DNA of 64,000 nt from Candidatus Poribacteria bacterium (GTDB lineage Bacteria; Poribacteria; WGA-4E; PCPOR2b): contig OZ244042.1 in the NCBI GenBank assembly GCA_965215015.1, forward strand, positions 3,040,001 to 3,104,000, in the 5' to 3' direction. Positions 60,802-64,000 of the stretch are shown piece after piece. The notes under the pieces are model-generated. The model saw nothing but the letters and a program-made list of their open reading frames with translations, ran no database searches and was not told where the DNA came from. The position numbers were made by a program, and so were the translations under genes. The first letter of the stretch is position 1; each line of letters begins with the position of its first letter.

Positions 60802-62025
60802 ATGCCAAGATTCCGTTATGAAGCCCTAACGAGCACCGGAACGGTGGTCACTAACACACAAGAGGCAAGCAATAAGACTGAACTTGTGTCTAAGCTGAAG
60901 GTGATGGGGTATTGGCCCACGAGCATCATTGAGGACAGTGCACAAACTCAAGATCGAAAAGGGATTCAGATTCCATTTTTGCCCGCTCGGATTAAGCAGG
61001 CAGAGGTCGAGTTCTTCACATATCAGATGGCAACACTAATCAACGCCCATGTTCCGTTATCTCGTGCTTTGGGGGTGACTCTCGAGCAGATTAACAACGT
61101 TGCGCTCAAGCGAGTGGTTGAACAGGTCAAATATGATGTTGAACACGGATCACCGCTGAACGACGCACTCGCACAACACCCAAAGGTGTTTTCCGAGTTG
61201 TATGTCAATATGGTCAAAGCAGGCGAAGCGGGTGGGGTTCTCGGTGTTGTGTTGGAACGCCTCGCCGAGTTTGCAGAGAGACAACGGATACTGAAAACTG
61301 AAGTGACCTCCGCACTGTTCTATCCTGCAATTCTGCTGGTGTTAAGCATCGGTGCTGTAGCAATATTGATGACCTTCGTTATTCCTAAATTCACTGGCAT
61401 GTTCGCCGAGTTGGACGTTGAATTGCCCGGTCCGACGCGATTTCTTATCGGTGTCACCAATTTCTTGAGTGTGTACTGGTGGATAATCTTAATTGCGGTA
61501 ATTGGTAGTGTCGTGGGACTCAGGCAGTATATTCGCACGGAAAGCGGACGACTGACTTTTGATTGGGTGAAGCTTAAACTCCCAATTATTGGGGTAATCT
61601 TCAGCAACTTTGCACTGGTACGGTTTACGCGAACAATGGCAACGCTGCTTGAAAATGGTGTAATACTGCTGCCTGCGCTTCGCGTTGTCAAGGACACCAT
61701 TGGGAACTTAGTTTACGGGAATGCAGTTGCAAATGCGGAACAAGAAATTGAGCGAGGGTCAACTTTGTCGAGAGAATTAGAGAGAAGTGCTGTCTTCCCA
61801 CCCCTACTGACCCACATGGTCGCGATTGGTGAGGAATCCGGCGATCCTGAACAGATGTTGACGAAACTATCGGTATATTACGATATAGAAATTAAGAAAA
61901 ATCTAGAACGATTGACTAACTCAATTGGTCCGTTGGTGATTCTATTTATGGGATTGCTAATCGGATTTATTGCTGTTGCAATGATACTCCCAATCTTTGA
62001 AGCCAGCACATCGCTCAGTGGATAA
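60802..62025 (+). CDS. gspF: Type II secretion platform protein GspF
   Basis: VKAGEAGG.L..VLERLA, YP, VIPKF, GEESG, AMILPIF. Confidence 0.92.
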   Translation: MPRFRYEALTSTGTVVTNTQEASNKTELVSKLKVMGYWPTSIIEDSAQTQDRKGIQIPFLPARIKQAEVEFFTYQMATLINAHVPLSRALGVTLEQINNVALKRVVEQVKYDVEHGSPLNDALAQHPKVFSELYVNMVKAGEAGGVLGVVLERLAEFAERQRILKTEVTSALFYPAILLVLSIGAVAILMTFVIPKFTGMFAELDVELPGPTRFLIGVTNFLSVYWWIILIAVIGSVVGLRQYIRTESGRLTFDWVKLKLPIIGVIFSNFALVRFTRTMATLLENGVILLPALRVVKDTIGNLVYGNAVANAEQEIERGSTLSRELERSAVFPPLLTHMVAIGEESGDPEQMLTKLSVYYDIEIKKNLERLTNSIGPLVILFMGLLIGFIAVAMILPIFEASTSLSG

Positions 62026-62143
62026 CCATTATTTTATCGTTACGCAAGTTGGGTCCTTATCCACGGAACTACGGACACGCCTCACATAAATGTCAACACA
62101 CCCTAGCAACTTGGGTTATCGTTATCAACATAGGAGGTAAAAT

Positions 62144-62593
62144 ATGCTCAAACGGTTAAAATCAGACGAATCAGGGTTGACACTCATTGAAATTACGATC
62201 GTCATAGTCATTCTTGGTCTGTTGGCAAGTTTTATTGCACCGCGGGTCTTGAATGCACCGGATAAGGCAAAGGTTGCCAAAGCCAAGATGGAGATCAGTG
62301 CATTGGAAAACGCGTTAGAGATGTATGCGATAGAGGTTGGGGATTATCCAACGGTGGAACAAAATTTGCGCGCCCTTTGGCAAGCCCCCAACCCGGCACC
62401 TGAAAATTGGAGCGGTCCTTACATTACAAAGCCAACTTTCACGGATCCATGGGGAAATAATTACGTTTATGTCTATCCCGGTATTCACGCAGGTTACAAT
62501 TACGACCTCTACTCATTTGGTAAGGACGGCAAACAAGGAGGTACAGATTTCAATGCTGACATCACAAGCTGGATCGACGAAACGGATCAGTGA
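62144..62593 (+). CDS. gspG: Type II secretion major pseudopilin GspG
   Basis: GLTLIE prepilin motif, YPT..Q.L.AL, W.GPY, DPWGN.Y, SFGKDG. Confidence 0.92.
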   Translation: MLKRLKSDESGLTLIEITIVIVILGLLASFIAPRVLNAPDKAKVAKAKMEISALENALEMYAIEVGDYPTVEQNLRALWQAPNPAPENWSGPYITKPTFTDPWGNNYVYVYPGIHAGYNYDLYSFGKDGKQGGTDFNADITSWIDETDQ

Positions 62594-62659
62594 TGTAGAT
62601 TAACATCCATTGTTGTTCTTTATTAAACCGAACATTGTCTCATTCCTTAGGGTAAAGAC

Positions 62660-63439
62660 ATGCACCTATCTAGGCGAATTTTGCGTTCAGAAAGGGGGTT
62701 GTTCCGATGCTGCGATAGGAATTTCGTAGGGAACAACGGTCATTGTTCCTGTACGGTTCAACGATTGTTGAACCGTCCTAAACGGGGGTTATATCTGCTT
62801 ACCTCAAAAGGCTTTACGTTGATTGAGGTCATGATCGTGCTTGCGTTAATCGCAATCCTTTCCTCCATCGCGATGCCATCTCTACGTGGATTCGCCGCAT
62901 CCACGCGCTTAAAATCTACTGCCCATGCTATCCGAGATATGCTCAACTTTGCACGAGATATGGCAATCACTGAGCGGGTAGCTTACCTTGTTGTATTTGA
63001 TTTGGCGACAAACCGCTACTGGCTTGCCTCCAACGAAACCTTCAACCTCGTAGACCCGTCCACTCCTTTAACCGCGAGCCCCTCAAGTTTCCAACCTGCC
63101 CAGCAGCCGACAACAGATCAAGGAACTACAGAATTGCTGCAAACGTCCCCTTTACGGACGAATGCGATCCTTGGTATACCACAGAAGCCGGGGCACAATG
63201 TCAGTTTAGCACGCCTGATAACGAATCACAACTTTCAGACCGTTCAAATAGATACCGGTGTGGATTATATCTACTTTTCTCCAACAGGATCAGCGGAAGA
63301 CACCGTACTATATATTCAAGATTGGCGAGGTCAAGCCATGTCCATAACAGTTGAAAACGCAATGGGACGGGTGCGTATTCAAAAAATCAACTCGCAGCAA
63401 CTCGAGGCGTTGGGGTTGACATATGAATCTTCTAAATAA
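62660..63439 (+). CDS. gspH: Minor pseudopilin GspH/FimT with repeat-derived leader insertion
   Basis: GFTLIEVMIV...AMPS, AR..AI, IYFSPTG. Confidence 0.75.
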   Translation: MHLSRRILRSERGLFRCCDRNFVGNNGHCSCTVQRLLNRPKRGLYLLTSKGFTLIEVMIVLALIAILSSIAMPSLRGFAASTRLKSTAHAIRDMLNFARDMAITERVAYLVVFDLATNRYWLASNETFNLVDPSTPLTASPSSFQPAQQPTTDQGTTELLQTSPLRTNAILGIPQKPGHNVSLARLITNHNFQTVQIDTGVDYIYFSPTGSAEDTVLYIQDWRGQAMSITVENAMGRVRIQKINSQQLEALGLTYESSK

Positions 63440-63884
63440 CCTAATCTCACTATTCCATCGATCAGCAGACGAGGAAGATGGCTTTACCTTAATCGAGATC
63501 GTTGTCGCGTTGGCCATTTTGTCATTAGCCCTGCCGACATTGCTCCGTTCTTTTACGGAAGCAGCAAAAGGGCAAGCATTGGCAGAAAACAGAACAACTG
63601 CCTTGTATCTCCTTAAATTCCGGATGGCAGCAATTGAGACTGAAGGTTATCCCGATATTGGCGAAGAAGATGGTGAATTTGGAGAGGATTCACGATTCCG
63701 TTGGCATTCAAATGTTCAGGATGTAGAATCGGAGGAGATTGAGGGGCTGCGCTTGGTAACAGTTACCGTCACGTGGCAAGAACGCGGAGAAGAAAGGCTC
63801 ATTTCAACGAGCACCTATTTCGCAGACCGTCAGATGCCACAGCAGACACAGGCCGGCCAACAAGGACAAGGGGGCAGCAGATGA
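63423..63884 (+). CDS. gspI: Minor pseudopilin GspI-like
   Basis: GFTLIEIVVALAIL, FRW, LRLVTVTVTW. Confidence 0.75.
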   Translation: MNLLNNLISLFHRSADEEDGFTLIEIVVALAILSLALPTLLRSFTEAAKGQALAENRTTALYLLKFRMAAIETEGYPDIGEEDGEFGEDSRFRWHSNVQDVESEEIEGLRLVTVTVTWQERGEERLISTSTYFADRQMPQQTQAGQQGQGGSR

Positions 63885-64000
63885 GGTCTCGCATTTCACG
63901 GCTTGCGTTTCAAGCGCACGGTTTTACTTTGCTCGAATTACTTGTCGCTGTCAGTATTCTGGTCATCATTGGCGGTGCCTCTTACACGGCGTTCAATGTT
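63881..64000 (+). CDS. gspJ: Minor pseudopilin GspJ-like (3'-truncated by window)
   Basis: ATGA overlap with gspI; MRSRISRLAFQAHGFTLLELLVAVSIL. Confidence 0.65.
   Translation, partial: MRSRISRLAFQAHGFTLLELLVAVSILVIIGGASYTAFNV

Overview
64-kb bacterial chromosomal window (no phage, plasmid, rRNA, tRNA or CRISPR array seen). The gene repertoire (PhyH dioxygenase, Uma2, DUF4058, HEAT repeats, serpin, PorV-like barrel, TIM-barrel sugar isomerases) and the dense interspersed repeats suggest a Ca. Poribacteria-like organism; this is inference only. Housekeeping genes: sbcDC, acs, sucC-pgk, archaeal/Thermus-type proS, htpX, an 11-subunit complex I-like operon nuoABCDHIJKLMN with no nuoEFG, an acyl-CoA ligase/PanE-like/TPP-enzyme cluster resembling oxalate assimilation genes, and the start of a type II secretion cluster (gspEFGHIJ). 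Most notable observations: (1) NuoI carries a ~50-aa inserted beta-rich domain between its two 4Fe-4S motifs in a complex lacking the NADH module, and a Rex/CRP-like operator lies upstream; (2) a GlmU-like nucleotidyltransferase-LbH is fused to a DUF89/ARMT1 damage-control phosphatase; (3) HNH, HEPN and aspartyl-protease relics plus MITE-like elements are interleaved in the nuo operon; (4) a DUF6178-like protein is split in two genes, with a duplicated acidic tail motif; (5) a 90-bp palindromic element sits in frame in the GspH leader; (6) about ten decayed accessory or toxin-antitoxin genes and several repeat families. All family assignments come from motif recognition by eye; no database searches were run.
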